NCBI GenBank assembly: GCA_951406725.2
Contig: OX597817.1
Span: 172,980,001-173,044,000, forward strand
Length of the DNA: 64,000 nucleotides
Direction of reading: 5' to 3'
From: Octopus vulgaris
Taxonomy: Eukaryota
The notes below the pieces were generated by a model, which was given only the letters and a program-made list of their open reading frames with translations, did not search any database and was not told the DNA's origin. Numbering within the stretch: the first letter of the stretch is position 1; each line of letters starts with the position of its first letter. Shown one piece after another: positions 39,706 to 54,227 of the stretch. The translations under genes and the position numbers were made by a program.

Positions 39706-41100
39706 TTAATGAGTATGAAGACTGCATTGTGCTCCAGGTTCTGCTTTGGTATGGTTTCTATGGCTGGATACCTTTCCTATAGCCAACCACCTTACAGTGT
39801 GTACTGGGTGGGGTTTTTATTAGGCCACCAGTACTATTGAGGTTGCCACACAAATTGCAAGATGACAAACCTCAAAGGAAGTAGGGATCAGCTTTATGCT
39901 GATTAAAGTATGAGAGAAAGTGGGATCAGAGCAGGTTCTTGTAGGGGATCTGCATAGCCTCTCACATTTAGCAGGAGAAAGAGGGGGAAAGAGAAAAGAG
40001 AAATGATCAGTAAGAGTTAAAAAGAGATGGATAGTAGCAATGAGATGCCCACATGGCCCCACAAGGCACAAATTGAATAGAAATAGATGGGTGTTTTGCA
40101 AGATTGTATGGGTAGCAGGAAATGAGGGGATGAGGAGACTGACTGCAGCTGTAAAAATTGGGTAGGATTAAAGGATAGATGACCAATAAGCCATGAGTTA
40201 GGGAACAAAGAAGGATGCATAAAATTAGTGGTATGATGCAAATAAAATCTTTCATTTAAAATATTGCAGTAGAGCCTGTATAAAATTTAGAAGTATTATG
40301 AGTTCAAAAAGTACATTTATATAATACATTTTTATGCGGACAATATCGTTTTAATGGGCAATTATCAGTTACTCTGGAGTTACATCAAAACTCACTACCC
40401 TTATCAGAATGATTATCTTTTAACAAGTTACTGTTTGATTCAGAGACTTCAATACATTTGGGGCTGTTTGAAGAATCATAAATTTTAAAATTACTATTAG
40501 AAATACTGTTTCTCTTACTACAACATGAGATCAATTGACTGATCAATTGAATTTTTCTTCAATGAAAATTTATTGTGAGGGTGAGTTGGCAGAATAGTTA
40601 GTGTGCCAGACAAAATACTTAGCAGTATTTCTTTCTGAATTCTGTCAAGATGGTTTTAGCCTTTTAGCCTTTCACAGTTGATAAAATAAGTATCTTCTGA
40701 GCACTGAGGTTAACATAATTACCTTACCCACTCCCTCTAAAATTGCGGGCTTTCTGCCAAAAATCTGAAATCATTATTATTATCATAACTATTGTTGTTA
40801 TTGTCATCTTAATCAACACTATTATCACTGTTCAGTTTACAGTGATTAGATGTTGCTATTATAGCTGCCAAGTTAGGTGCAGCAGAGTAAAATAATTTGA
40901 CAGTTGACTTACTAAAATTTGGTGGTATTTATGCAAAGTGGAAAGTTATTTTTGAGAATTTTAAAGAATATCCCCAACAGAGATGTTTTAACCTGTAAGA
41001 AATATGGAAGGTTATATCATGTTATATTTCGTTTTCTGTTTTTCCTGTTACCATACATTGGTAGAGTATTGTGAGTTGAAATTCAATAAGCATAATTTAT

Positions 41101-41312
41101 TTTACTCTTTTACTCTGTTTCAGTCATTTGACTGCAGCCATGCTGGAGCACCGCCTTTAATCAAGCAACTTGACCCCGGGACTTATTCTTTGTAAGCCCA
41201 GTACTTATTCTGTCGGTCTCTTTTGCCGAACCGCTAAGTAACGGGGACATAAACACACTAGCATCGGTTGTCAAGCAATGCTAGGGGTACAAACACAAAC
41301 ACACATACAGAC

Positions 41313-41347
<35 letters not shown>

Positions 41348-41510
41348 CGACAGGCTTCTTTCAGTTTCCGTCTACCAAATCCACTCAGAAGGCATTGGTC
41401 GGCCCGAGGCTATAGCAGAAGACACTTGCCCAAGATGCCACGCAGTGGGACTGAACCCGGAACCATGTGGCTGGTTAGGAAGCTACTTACCACACAGCCA
41501 CTCCTGCGCC
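41101..41510 (-). mobile_element. SINE family A, young full-length copy
   Basis: CpGs intact; nearly identical to 59588-60003. Confidence 0.92.
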
Positions 41511-43374
41511 TAGATGATAGATATTAGGAGTTAATACTAAGAATTATCATTAGCATTATTAGATTCAGAGACCTTATTAATACATATTTTATCAATTCTT
41601 TTGTTAATGCTAGTATTTCTGATAGGTTTCTGTCTGCTACTACAGTTATTGTTATGACTTGTTTTGAGTATTTGATGATTCTCATATTTTATTTTTATTC
41701 TTGGAAACATTAGTAATATTGATAGTTCTTGTTGGTGTATTAGTCTATGTTACTAATACCATCTTTTATTATTTGTTAGCACATTAACTTGTCTCAATAC
41801 AGCGCTCTTGCAATTATTACCAAATTTATCACTCTTCTTAGTTGGAGATTTCAAATAATAGATATTATCCGAAAAACAGACATTCTTTTCTACTCTAGGT
41901 AAAAGGCCCAAAATTTTGGGGGAGGTGGGGCAGTCGATTAGATCAACTCCAGTACAAAACTGGTACTTAATTCATCGACTCTGAAAGGATGAAAGGCAAA
42001 GTCAATATCGCTAAGCATTTTGCCCAGCGTGCTAACATTTCTGCCATTTCACCACCTTAATGATAATGATGACAATAAAACTGATGATGGTAATGATGAT
42101 GATCTTTAGTTATAGAAGTATTTCTATCCTTAAAAATCTTATATTCAACCTGAGCAATTGTATAAGTATTCTCAAAGATTTTCTATTGGTTGAGTATAAG
42201 ATTCAGTTTAATATTATAGATATATTTTATTTTTTTATCACACCCACTTTTCAATGAAACTTTATTACTAGCAGGACTTATGAATATTTCCTGGAATTAC
42301 TGGTAAACCTATTGGGTTATTTCTGAAATCTTTATCCCAAAAACCTGACAGTGTAGTCTGTGTCATGTCTGTATCAAAAGATAGTCATTCATCTGCTAAT
42401 CATAGAAAAGTGAAGGAAATTGGAATACGATGATTACTTAATGAACTTTCTATACTTTATGCATGATTTTATAGACTTACTACACAGCACTTTCCCTCTG
42501 TCTCTCTCTCACTCTTTACCTTACCCTCTTTTAATCTCTTCTTTTTCTTTTGCTCTTTGCCTTTCCCTTCAACTGGTCACATGAAAAAAGTATTACAGAC
42601 AGGATAAGTAAGTAATGGAGGAAAAAACTTAGTTAAAAATGAAGTAATTACACATTTCACTCACCACCACCTCTCCACCCCTTCCCCATTTCTCTCCTTC
42701 CCTCCCACCTCTACACTGTGTCTTAGAGAAATACAAGATGGTTACCTGAGATCAAACATCACCAGTACCTTATCTTTAATTCATTAAAAGTCAAAATATC
42801 TGATTATAAGATTAAAATTTCCCAGGTTATTAACTTCCATTTTATACAAATATTTACAATACACATATCTATATTATATCTATTGAACCAATCAAAACGT
42901 AGCAATATCCTAACCACCCAAACAACAAATATACATATACAGGAATAAGACGCCCTTGATGAAGATCAGAAACAGATCAAAGAGATAAAAATGAAGTATT
43001 GATATGACTACTGTAAATATCCACTCTAAAGAGAGAATGTTCTGGGTTATTAATCCTAATATGGAATTCTAATGTGATCACAAGATCACAAATTTTTAAT
43101 ATAGACATGAGGATACAAATTTATACAAATTTTTACTATGAGCACAAGTGCATAAATTTCCGATATGGACACAGAGGCATAAATTGTGTTCATATAAATG
43201 AACACAAAAGGCACACATTTTAGGGAAAGAGAGTATATGTGTGTGTGCATATGTATACATGCATATATATACATATATACAGATACATGCATATATACAT
43301 AAAACTTGGATATGTTTTGACCAAAGATTGGTCCAGGCCATATCTAACTTAATAGCACATACATATATGTATAT

Positions 43375-43407
<33 letters not shown>

Positions 43408-43480
43408 CCTACATATGCAGATATGTATATATATACTTATATATATATATACTTACATATACAGATATGTATATATACAT

Positions 43481-43582
<102 letters not shown>

Positions 43583-43663
43583 GATACAATAATTGTTTCT
43601 TGTCAGGAACAAAAAAAGGTTTAATAGGACTGCAATAGAAGTGCTCTATTGGAAGAGACAAAA

Positions 43664-44625
43664 ATATCAAACTAAAATCATTAACAAGCAAATGCAAGGT
43701 CATCCGCATATCATTTCATAATTCGAACATTTAATTATAGAATAAACATATAACCCGCAAGATGGAACAAAATTCATATGTACAGCACGTAATAATAATA
43801 ATAATATATGGTATGGTGCGAGAAAAATTCTTATCATTAAAACTTAGAATTAATATTCTAGTGATTCAAAGAGAATACATTTATAAAAGGACGTAGAAAG
43901 TAAAATATAATATAAGTAATATATAAAAATATATAGGTATATAAAAATATAGGCATATAAAAATATATAAAACATATATAAATATATATACATATAGGAG
44001 CATATAAAAAATATAATATATATACATATATCATGTAAATAAAGTAAAATAAGGTTCATCGTTTAGAAATCTTAATCAGGTAAAGTAAGCCTTATATATA
44101 AGAAGGAAATCATGTTTACTTATCCCTATGGCCATTTTAGGGGTGTATTATATTTAAAACACTGAATGCATTCAGTGCTTTTAAATATAATACACCCCTA
44201 AATGGCCATAGGGATAAGTAAACATGATTTCCTTCTTATATATAAGGCTTACTTACTTTATTTACATGATATATGTATATATATTATATTTTTTATATGC
44301 TCCTATATGTATATATATTTATATATGTTTTATATATTTTTATATGCCTATATTTTTATATACCTATATATTTTTATATATTACTTATATTATATTTTAC
44401 TTTCTACGTCCTTTTATAAATGTATTCTCTTTGAATCACTAGAATATTAATTCTAAGTTTTAATGATAAGAATTTTTCTCGCACCATACCATATTATTAT
44501 TATTACGTGCTGTACATATGAATTTTGTTCCATCTTGCGGGTTATATGTTTATTCTATAATTAAATGTTCGAATTATGAAATGACATGCGGTTGACTTGT
44601 ATTTGTTTGTTCAATGATTTTAGTT

Positions 44626-44631
<6 letters not shown>
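43664..44631. repeat. Long spacer-less inverted repeat (palindrome), arms about 460-500 bp
   Basis: Centre ACTGAATG|CATTCAGT at 44168/44169; the ORF track gives the same peptide on opposite strands (43850-44059 minus, 44202-44450 plus). Confidence 0.97.
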
Positions 44632-44667
<36 letters not shown>

Positions 44668-45210
44668 CTGTATATATATAAATATGTGCATGTATATATA
44701 TAAATATATATATATTCACATGCATATATATGAATGTATGTATGGATGGATGTATAAACAGAGTCAAGGCTGTGCAGTTAGACATTGCTTTTCAACCACT
44801 GTTTTGGGTTCAGTCCCATTGCATGGCAGTTTTGGAAAGTGTCTTCTACTATAACCCTGGGCTGACCAAAGCCTTGTGAGTGAATTTGGTAGACAGAAAC
44901 TGAAAGGAGCTTGCTGCACATGCGCATGTCTGCACATGTCTGACCATCAAGCAAGCAGTGTCCTTCATTTCAAATCTTTTGTGAAAAAAATGTTTGGTCA
45001 AGGGGAAATATTACCTTACTTGAAATCAGGTGGGGTTGGTGATATGAAGGGCAACTGACTATAGAAAAACCTGCCTCAACAATTCCTGTCCAACCCCTGC
45101 TTTAACCCTCATGCTCTTGTTTATAAAATACAAAGTTGCTGTTTTGAAGTGATCTAAATTAAAACTTTCAATCAAAATTTCAAGTTGATTTATTTTCCAA
45201 GCCAGCTTAA

Positions 45211-45608
45211 CTCTCTTTTACTCTTTTACTTGTTTTAGTCATTTGACTGCAGCCATGCTGGAGCACCGCCTTTAGTCGAGCAAATCGACCCCAGGACTTA
45301 TTCTTTGTAAGCCTAGTACTTAGCCTCTCGGTATCTTTTGTTATGGGGACGTAAACACACCAGCATCAGTTGTCAAGCGATGTTGGTGGTGGTGGTGGGG
45401 GGGACAAACACAGACACACAAACATACACACACACACACATATATATTTATATATATATATACATATATACAATGGGCTTCTTTCAGTTTCCATCTACCA
45501 AATCCACTTACAAGGCTTCAGTCGGCGACGAGGCTATAGTAGAAGACACATGCCCAAGGTGCCACGCAGTGGGACTGAACCCAGAACCATATGGTTGGTA
45601 AGCAAGCT
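45211..45608 (-). mobile_element. SINE family A inserted into a decayed piggyBac-like MITE (about 45100-45718)
   Basis: Flanks ttaaccct... and ...gtaatgaaaatgttaa resemble the 18563-18782 family. Confidence 0.8.
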
Positions 45609-47470
45609 AGAGAGAGTAAGAGTAACTATGACAGTTATTTTATTAAATTTTTCATTGAAAAAAATCAATTGAAATGAAGGCAAAGTAATTTAACAGAAAT
45701 ACGGTAATGAAAATGTTAAAGGTGTAAAGAAGTGCACCTGTAGACAGCAATCAACAAACTATTTATTGCTGTCATTCTAAACATTTAAGTTCCAATTAAT
45801 ACCTCTGCTGATTTGCTGGTTACATTTTATGATTAAAAAGAATGATATCTCAGCATCTAAATTCAATTTCTGTGGACATGTTTCCCACTTTTGCACAAAA
45901 TATTTATGAGAACAATTTTTTTTTTTTCTTCTTACTGAAAAAGGAATTACACCATAAAATGAGCACTAAGAATAGTATCTTTTCAGAAGATCATAACAAT
46001 AAAGCTATACCAAAATGTACCAAAGATACATTTTTGACAACATATACTCTTCAGAAATGTCTAGTAAGTTCTTTAATATTTGCCAAATCAATTTAAATTT
46101 TCTGTTTTTTACTTAATGAAAAAAAGCGAAAAAACTTTTCACTTAACAGACAGAAATCTCTTTGTCTTTCCTTTTTTGTTTTTTTTAAAATAAATTTTCA
46201 TGTTCTACCATAAAAGATTTGTCTGGAGAGACGAACCAGTCACTTTTACTGAAACACTATGAATTTTTCATAATAAATTTCTACAATATCTCTATTGATA
46301 TTTTGCTTTTTATGAAGTTGTATAATGGATGCTATCTATGAGAAAAGAATTGAAATCGGATAACTGTCACATATGATCCTTACTAAAACTATCTGACAAG
46401 TTCTTTTTTCAGATCTATATTTGGCAAGTTGGCATTAAACATGAGAATTTTTATTGATATTTGTCAACAGGATGTTAACATTGCTTTATTTCAGTGAAAG
46501 CAAAGGTACCAGGTTCAACCCCAAAATGTTTCAAAGGTTATATAAGAAAAACAAATGAAGATACAAACAAGCAAATTATAAAAGAATAGTCTTTGATTTG
46601 TAGTTACCATTTAGGAAGGTTAGAATTTCTTTAGACCCAATAAATAAAAATGGACTTTTATCTATTTCTTTTTTTTTTTTTTCAGATCACCATTATCATC
46701 GTCATCGTCGTATAACGTCCGCTTTCCATGTTGACGTACGTTGGACAGTTTGACATGGAGCCAGCTAGCAGGGGGCTGTCCAGATCCCAACTGTCTGTTG
46801 TGACATGGTTTCTATGGCTGGATGCCCTTGTTAATGCCAACCACTTAACAGAGCGTGTTGGGTGCTTTTTATGTGCCACTGGCACAGATGCATTGACACA
46901 GTACTGGCACAGGTGTGCTAACACAGCACCAGCACCTGAAGGGACAAGCCTGTACATGTGAAAGACAACGATTTCACTTAGCTTGTTGTGTCTTATCAAG
47001 TATAACAAATCGCCCCCCCCCCCTGTCTATTGTCATTTCCTCAGGCTACTTTTTTTTTTCCTACAAAAGTGAGAAACCTTTTCAACCATAGGAATTTGAA
47101 ATTCCTGCTTGTAAATTAATGCAGATTATGAGGTTCTGGATCATCAATGTCCAGAAAATCAGTGTTGTATTAACATACATACATATTAAGTAGATGTATT
47201 AACACACATCTACTTTTATTCAAGCCACCAAGAAGTGGGACTCAAAAAGCTTTATCTGGGTCAATAAGTAATCTGAAACTGAATTAAAACAGAGAGCTGA
47301 TGGGTCAAACACTGGACTGCAGCCATATGAGTTGAAGAATCAAAAGACTCAAAACCCGTTTCAGAAAATACATTCATGGACTTGACATATTTCTTATCTT
47401 CCCAAACAATCTTATGAGAGAAACCTTTACACAGTTACTTCATTTGCTAGGAATAACAGCCAAATCTGCT

Positions 47471-47611
47471 TTTATTTACATTATTTACATTTGACGGATA
47501 TTTGTTCTCATCCTGTTTGTTGTTGATACAACATTTCAGCTGATATACTCTCCAGCCTTCAGGGGAAATTTCAAACCTGGGTTCTCATTCCTAAGGTATT
47601 TTTCGATGCTG

Positions 47612-47651
<40 letters not shown>

Positions 47652-47774
47652 CATCATCATTATATTCAGGTCATTGCCTGGAACCAAACTCAGAATCTTG
47701 GGGCATATAGCATAGTGCTTCAGAGCGTGGGCTACTAACCCCAAGATTCCGAGTTCGATTCCAGGCAGTGACTA

Positions 47775-47840
<66 letters not shown>

Positions 47841-48043
47841 GACAACAATAATAATAACAACATTGAGAAATACCTTAGGAATGAGGACCCAGGTTCGAAA
47901 TTTCCCCAAGACACCCAATGAAGTCTGGAGGGTATATCAGCTGAAACATTGTGTAAACAACAAACAAGATGAGGGCAAATATCCGTCAAATGTAAATAGT
48001 GTAAATAATGTGCATAATTCCTCATCTCTTAAATATAGAACTG
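47471..48043. mobile_element. Head-to-head pair of a tRNA-headed element with internal (AAT)n and a Penelope-like tail
   Basis: Plus copy 47714-48043 has an anticodon-like loop ctactaa and B-box GTTCGATTCC; minus copy 47471-47703 is its reverse complement with a small deletion. Confidence 0.8.
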
Positions 48044-48404
48044 TAGAAATTTACTTTTGATAACTTTCTAACATTTTATAAAAAGGAAGGATGAGTAAAA
48101 TAATGTAGTCTTAGACATGATGGGATGGTCAAGGCTGGAAGTGATATGGCCATAGGTCTGTTCAATTACAGGTGACATACAAACTAAACAGTAAAGTAAA
48201 ATGGATCTCTGTTGATTTTGAAAATAAGTGTTTATTTGTTAGATGAACCGAATTACCTGAATTAGACTGTAAGTGGCTGAGTATTCCATGGACATATAGT
48301 GTTAGTGTAATCATTAGGCAGGATCAGCATGACACATTGAGTGAAAATGCTGAGCCCTTTGAATTTCAGTCATAATCCATTTAATAGGCTCCTGCACAGT
48401 TTCC

Positions 48405-48642
48405 TTATTTCTTTATTGCCCACAAGGGGCTAAACATAGAGGGGACAAACAAGGACAGACAAAGGGATTAAGTCGATCACATCGACCCCAGTGCATAACT
48501 GGTACTTATTTAATCGACCCCGAAAGGATGAAAGGCAAAGTCGACCTTGGCGGAATTTGAACTCAGAACATAACGGCAGACGAAATACCGCTAAGCATTT
48601 CGCCTGGCATGCCAATGTTTCTGCCAGCTCGCCACCTCCTTT
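48405..48642 (-). mobile_element. SINE family B nested in a family A-related copy
   Basis: TSD tg(c/t)acagtttcc at 48393-48404 and 48643-48654. Confidence 0.88.
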
Positions 48643-49919
48643 TGTACAGTTTCCATCAACCCAATTTTATTCAGAAGGTTTGGATCAAGCCAAGACTACA
48701 GTAAAGTACACTTGCCCAAGATCCCAAGATACCACATCAGCCATCAAAGTTTCTTCCCGCATTATTGGCTCATAAAGTCAGTTTCCAAGATTTCGTGGCA
48801 TATTCATTCCCCTCACCCCTTAGATGGGATGCTGGTTCATTGCAGGATTACTCATTTTTGCCAACTGAATGGACTGAGCAATGTGGAATGAAATGCAAGA
48901 AACCTTTACAGGAATCAAAACCACAATCTTACTATCATGAATGCAACACCCTAACCACCAAGCTACATGCCTCCACATACCAGATCTGGGCAACCATTTT
49001 TGTTTGAGAAACAAGCTGCATGAGACATGGCTCATCATCAGATGAAGGTGCACTACTAAAAAAACCCATGGTAAATTGTCATTAGGCATACCATTCGGGA
49101 AGTCCCACTAGCTGCAGTTTACTGTGACTGTAGGACTCAGTGGGATTAAACCCAGGGATTTGTCACTATGGAGCAAACTTCTTAATCATTGAACCACGGG
49201 CTAAAGAACGAGAATTATTTTCTCAAAATTTCCATCAGGGAAGGCAAAACATCTGTTTAGAACAAGCCTAGCAAGCCTTAAAGGCAGTGAGGGTCAAATT
49301 TTATGTGGGAAAATGTCATGGCCCACAGCAAATTTTCAAATACAACAAGTGAATAAATTAAACATTTCCTGTCTTCAATTATAAATGATGAATGAGTGTC
49401 AGTGGTGGAGATTTCATGTATTAATTTTCAATTCTGCACACATACGTATAAAATGTCTACAGCCTTTCCTCATTATATTTGATGGGCTGTTTGTTAGTTT
49501 TTATACGAATAAATATTGATTTCTCACTTTGATACACAACTGTTTTTTATAGATTAAACTAATGATATTATGTGACATTCATGCTTTACTCAAGAGTATT
49601 AGCAGTATAAGTACAGAGAACTGTCTTCAGCCGGGAATAGACAGCAATTTGCAGCCTCAAACCTGTGGACATCTCACTTCACATTTCACTCTATAGCAAC
49701 AGCCTCCTTGTACGCTTTACAGTTTACTTGTTCAAGTCATTGGACTGCAGCTATACCGGGACACGGCTTTGAAGTTAAACAAATCAACCAGAGTAATTAT
49801 TTCTTAAGACCTGGTACTTACTCCATTGGTCTCTTTTGCTGAACTGCTTAGTTATAGAGGTGTATATAAACCAACACTGATTGTCAAGCGGTGGTGAGAT
49901 ACAAGCACAGCAACAAAAT

Positions 49920-49968
<49 letters not shown>

Positions 49969-50100
49969 GCATACATACATACATACATGCATAGACAGAT
50001 AGATAGGTAGATAGATATACATACATATATATATATATACACATATATATATACATATACACATATATATCTATACATATATATATGTATTATATATACA

Positions 50101-50380
50101 TCTATTATATAAAATCCGTTCTGTCTGTCTGTGTGTGTGTCTTCTAGGATCTCGGGCATCCTCCATCCAATTGCGTTCAAATTTGATATGTAGATACCGA
50201 TGGTATCAGGGCGTGTATAAGTCTAGAAAAAAATTACAAAAATCGATTCCAGGTGAGAATGCGATCGATAAAGCCGTGGGAACGTGCATTTGTACATGCA
50301 AGTACATCAGCTGTTGCGATCGATACTACACATACGCGAGAAAAATGCACATGCAGTTTGCGCAAAGAGAAATTTGAAAT
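50101..50380 (+). mobile_element. 5' part of a non-autonomous Helitron-like element inserted in the microsatellite of a family A copy
   Basis: Begins A|TCTATTATATAAAA, followed by a (CTGT)n run; CpG-rich; no terminal hairpin/CTAG seen; A tail at 49720-49910 and A head at 50385-50430 flank it. Confidence 0.55.
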
Positions 50381-50887
50381 TCTATGGTGGGCAAGCAAGC
50401 TTCTTACCACACAGCCATACCTGCACCTAGGAAGACACATGTAATTTTAAAATCTAATTTGAGCTTTACATGGAATACCAGTGAGTCACAGTCAGAGACA
50501 AGCTAAAGAGGGAGTTGCTATGGAGTCACTCAACCTACTAGTAATAGCAGCTAAATCTCTCCCAAACTATATCCTTAGGTCCATCATAATTCCTAGGACT
50601 CATAAGGTCAGAGCTTAACTGTGTTCCCATGGCATATAAGTGACTAAGATTACAACACTCCCCACCTGAACAGGACACCAGTCCATTGCAGAGTTAGCTT
50701 CATAGATATTGCTTGAAATCACTTATACAGCTGAGTAAACTGGGGCAACATGAAATATGTTTTGTGTGTATGGGTATGTGTCCTGTTTTGATACATATAT
50801 ATTTAATAAATAAAATACCAGTCAAGTGCTGGAGTCATATAATCAAGTAACTCCTTGTGCCTATGCTTGATATTATTATTAAGACTA

Positions 50888-50927
<40 letters not shown>

Positions 50928-51036
50928 CATTATTATTAATACTATCATTATTATTATTATTATTACTATCATCATCATCATTATTATTACTATCAACATC
51001 ATCATCATCATTATTATTTTTATCATTATTATTGTT

Positions 51037-51443
51037 GCCTTTGCACAGCTTCTAACGCTGGAGATGTACTACGGTGTCAGCTGTTCAGTACCAAACTAAA
51101 GTAACACCTCTTATTTCTCGAGCACCTTCCGGAGTATTCAAGCGGTTCCAAGCAGTGCTGTTTTCTGCAAGTGCTCCACCCTTAATGCAGCCCCTATTTG
51201 TTCCCCATACTTCTCAAGATTTTTGCTCACTGTTCCCAAGGCTCTGATAATTATTGGTACTACTGCTACCTTTTTCATCGACCACAACTGCTTAACCTCC
51301 CAAGCTAACCTGTCCTATCTCTCGACTTTTCTTTCTTCCTTGTCATATACCTTGTTGTCAGCTGGGCAGGCTATGTCTATGGTCCAGCTTCGTTTGCTTT
51401 CTTTCTCAATTAACACTATGTCCGTCTTCCTATTCTCTGTCTC
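51037..51443 (-). mobile_element. 3' end of an R4/Dong-clade LINE (restriction-like endonuclease domain + 3' UTR) inside (ATT)n
   Basis: Hand translation of 51443-51111: ETENRKTDIVLIEKESKRSWTIDIACPADNKVYDKEERKVER*DRLAWEVKQLWSMKKVAVVPIIIRALGTVSKNLEKY...LQKTALLGTA*ILRKVLEK*. Matches the RLE pattern (R.PDIV...DIA.P.D...KE..K...L......LW...VVPII.GALG). Two premature stops; ATT repeats on both sides. Confidence 0.88.
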
Positions 51444-51459
51444 ACACTATGTCCGGATA

Positions 51460-51513
<54 letters not shown>

Positions 51514-53027
51514 TACCATCATCATCATCATCACCATTATTCAGTAGTCTTATTCTTATTGCTTGCTTTTACTATGCTACTGAGTGCAGCACTAATTTGA
51601 TCAGAAAGTATGCATTCAGTATGTGCAGCATTGGGTATAACACTAAGTACATTGGCAAATATGATTCGTTAAAGAAATTCAGAATTGTTGCCACACCAAG
51701 CTGTCTCCACACAAAAGGAAAATTGTATACACTGTGGAGCTAAGTCAAGTTTAGATACACAGTGTTTTGTGTTTAGCAAACAAGAAACTTATACTGAAGA
51801 CTTCTGGTCACCATTTCTCTGTTGAGATGTACTGACTTTGTTTCCACAAATTTTTAATATAGTGAAATCATCATCATCATCATCATCATCATCGTTTAAC
51901 GTCCGCTTTCCATGCTGGCATGGGTTGGACGATTTGACTGAGGACTGGCGAACCAGATGGCTGCACCAGGTTCCAATCTTGATCTGGCAGAATTTCTACA
52001 GCTGGATGACCTTCCTAATACCAACCACTCCGAGAATGTAGTGGGTGCTTTTACGTGCTACCGGCACGAGGGTCAGTCACGCTCAAATGGTGTTTTTTAC
52101 ATGCCACCTGCACAGGAGCCAGTCCAGCGGCACTGGCAACGGCCTTGCTTGAATGTTTCTTCATGTGCCACTGACACAAGTGCCTGTAGGGCGACGCTGG
52201 TAACGATCACGCCTGAATGGTGCTTTGATCGTTACCAGCGTCACCTTACTGGCACGTGAAAAAAATTATTTAGTAAAATAACTTTGTCCTTATTAAGCTG
52301 ATGTTTGGAACATAAATACTGAAAGTTTATAATTTAGATCACTTGAAGATAAGATTTGTTTCATCAAAGTGAGGGTGATTTCAGGTGGGTTGCTAGTTAA
52401 AGAATTAAGTGAAATAGAGTAATAATATATTATTTAACGTTCCAAAACAAAAAAACATTGGTTTCAAATTTTAGCACAAGGCCAACAATTTCGAGGGAGA
52501 GGGTAAGTTGATTATAGACCCCAGTGCTCAACTGGTACTTATTTTACCAATCCCAAAAGAATGAAATGCAAAATTGACCTTGGTGGAATTTGAACTCGGA
52601 ATGTAAAGAGGAACAAAATACTGCTAAGCATTTTGCCCAGGTGTGCTAACAATTCTACCTATCTGCTGCCTTACTAAACAATATACATTGATATTCAAAT
52701 TTGAAGTTTTGCTCTATATAATTTCCATTACTGTTCTAAAATGTAGCTATATTAATTAGGTGTGACAATTCAGAGTTAAAAACTGGGGTTGTGAAGACTA
52801 ATTTGTAGTGCCATCTTCTACTTTTCAGAGAGTGTATGAAGCTTCTTCATATGGGAATTGAAACAGAAGTACGAACTTAATTTACTACTAACTTGCTTTT
52901 ACACCTCAAACAATCACATTTCTATACAAAAATAGCAACTTAGAAGTATTAATTTGCAATCAATACTTCCACCATATAGTTTTTAGATGTTTCTATTTGT
53001 GACAGTTTGTAGCAATAATTCCCATTT

Positions 53028-53081
<54 letters not shown>

Positions 53082-53562
53082 GGAAGTGTTATCATGTACA
53101 TTGTTTTGTCTTGGTATAAAAGATGGACTACAGCAAATATTCTGCTCGATACCACAGATCTGCTTCTCAGTTGTTTGACCATAACCAGTTGAGCATGTCC
53201 CTTAGTGGCTGACGATATGTGCATCTCTGATCACGAGCAGAAGTAGTGGGGAGCATCATAGCCATGTGTTGAGAGGAATATTGGGGGTGGGTGGATAATT
53301 CGCCTTTGAAACATGGGTGTTTCATTCAACATCCATAAACAACCCTTATTCAGGGACCTTTTAACCTGAAAAAAATTCTAACTGAGTCTCACCTGCAAGG
53401 TCATGTACTGTTTATCTTGGTATGACATCACCTTATTGCATACATATAGTTATGATGCATGTGCCTGGTGTACCCTTATCAGACGGGTAATCATGATAGG
53501 TATACCAGGCTTCGCATATTTTACACCAGTGTCACTTTGATGGCATGCAATCTCTCTCACTC

Positions 53563-53599
<37 letters not shown>

Positions 53600-54161
53600 G
53601 TAATAATAATAATGATGCAGTACTAGACAGTGGATCTCATGGCTTCTGATCTTAACTGATTGGAAGTGTTATCATGTACATCGTTTTGTCTTGGTATAAA
53701 AGATGGGCTACAGCAAATATTCTGCTCAATACCACAGATTTGCTTGTCAGTTGTTTGACCTTAACCAGTTGAGCATGTCCCTTAGTGGCTGACAATATGT
53801 GCATCTCTGACCACGAGCAGAATTAGTGGGGAGCATCATAGCCATGTGTTGAAAGGAATTCTTGGAGGTTTGGATAATTTACCTTTGGAAACATGGGTGG
53901 TTCGTTCAACATCCTTAAACAATCTTTATTCAGGGACCTTTTGAGCGGGATGGGCTACTCGAACAGATGAAAATTCTATCTGGGCCCCACCTGCAAGGTC
54001 ATGTGCTGTTTATCTTGATACGAGATCACCCTGTTGCGCACATATGGTTGTGATGCATGTGCCTGGTGTACCCTTATCAGACGGGTAGTCATGATGGGTA
54101 TACTGGGCTTCGTATATTTTATGCCAGTGTCACTTTGATGGCATGCACTGCTCTCTCACAC

Positions 54162-54227
<66 letters not shown>

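Noticed and set aside
43850-44450. Two hydrophobic Y/I/F-rich ORFs with identical peptides
   Set aside because: A consequence of the palindrome and AT-rich low complexity; no splice or codon evidence.
43664-44631. Mitochondrial control-region insertion or viral hairpin end as origin of the palindrome
   Set aside because: No flanking mitochondrial or viral genes are visible; cannot be supported without a search.
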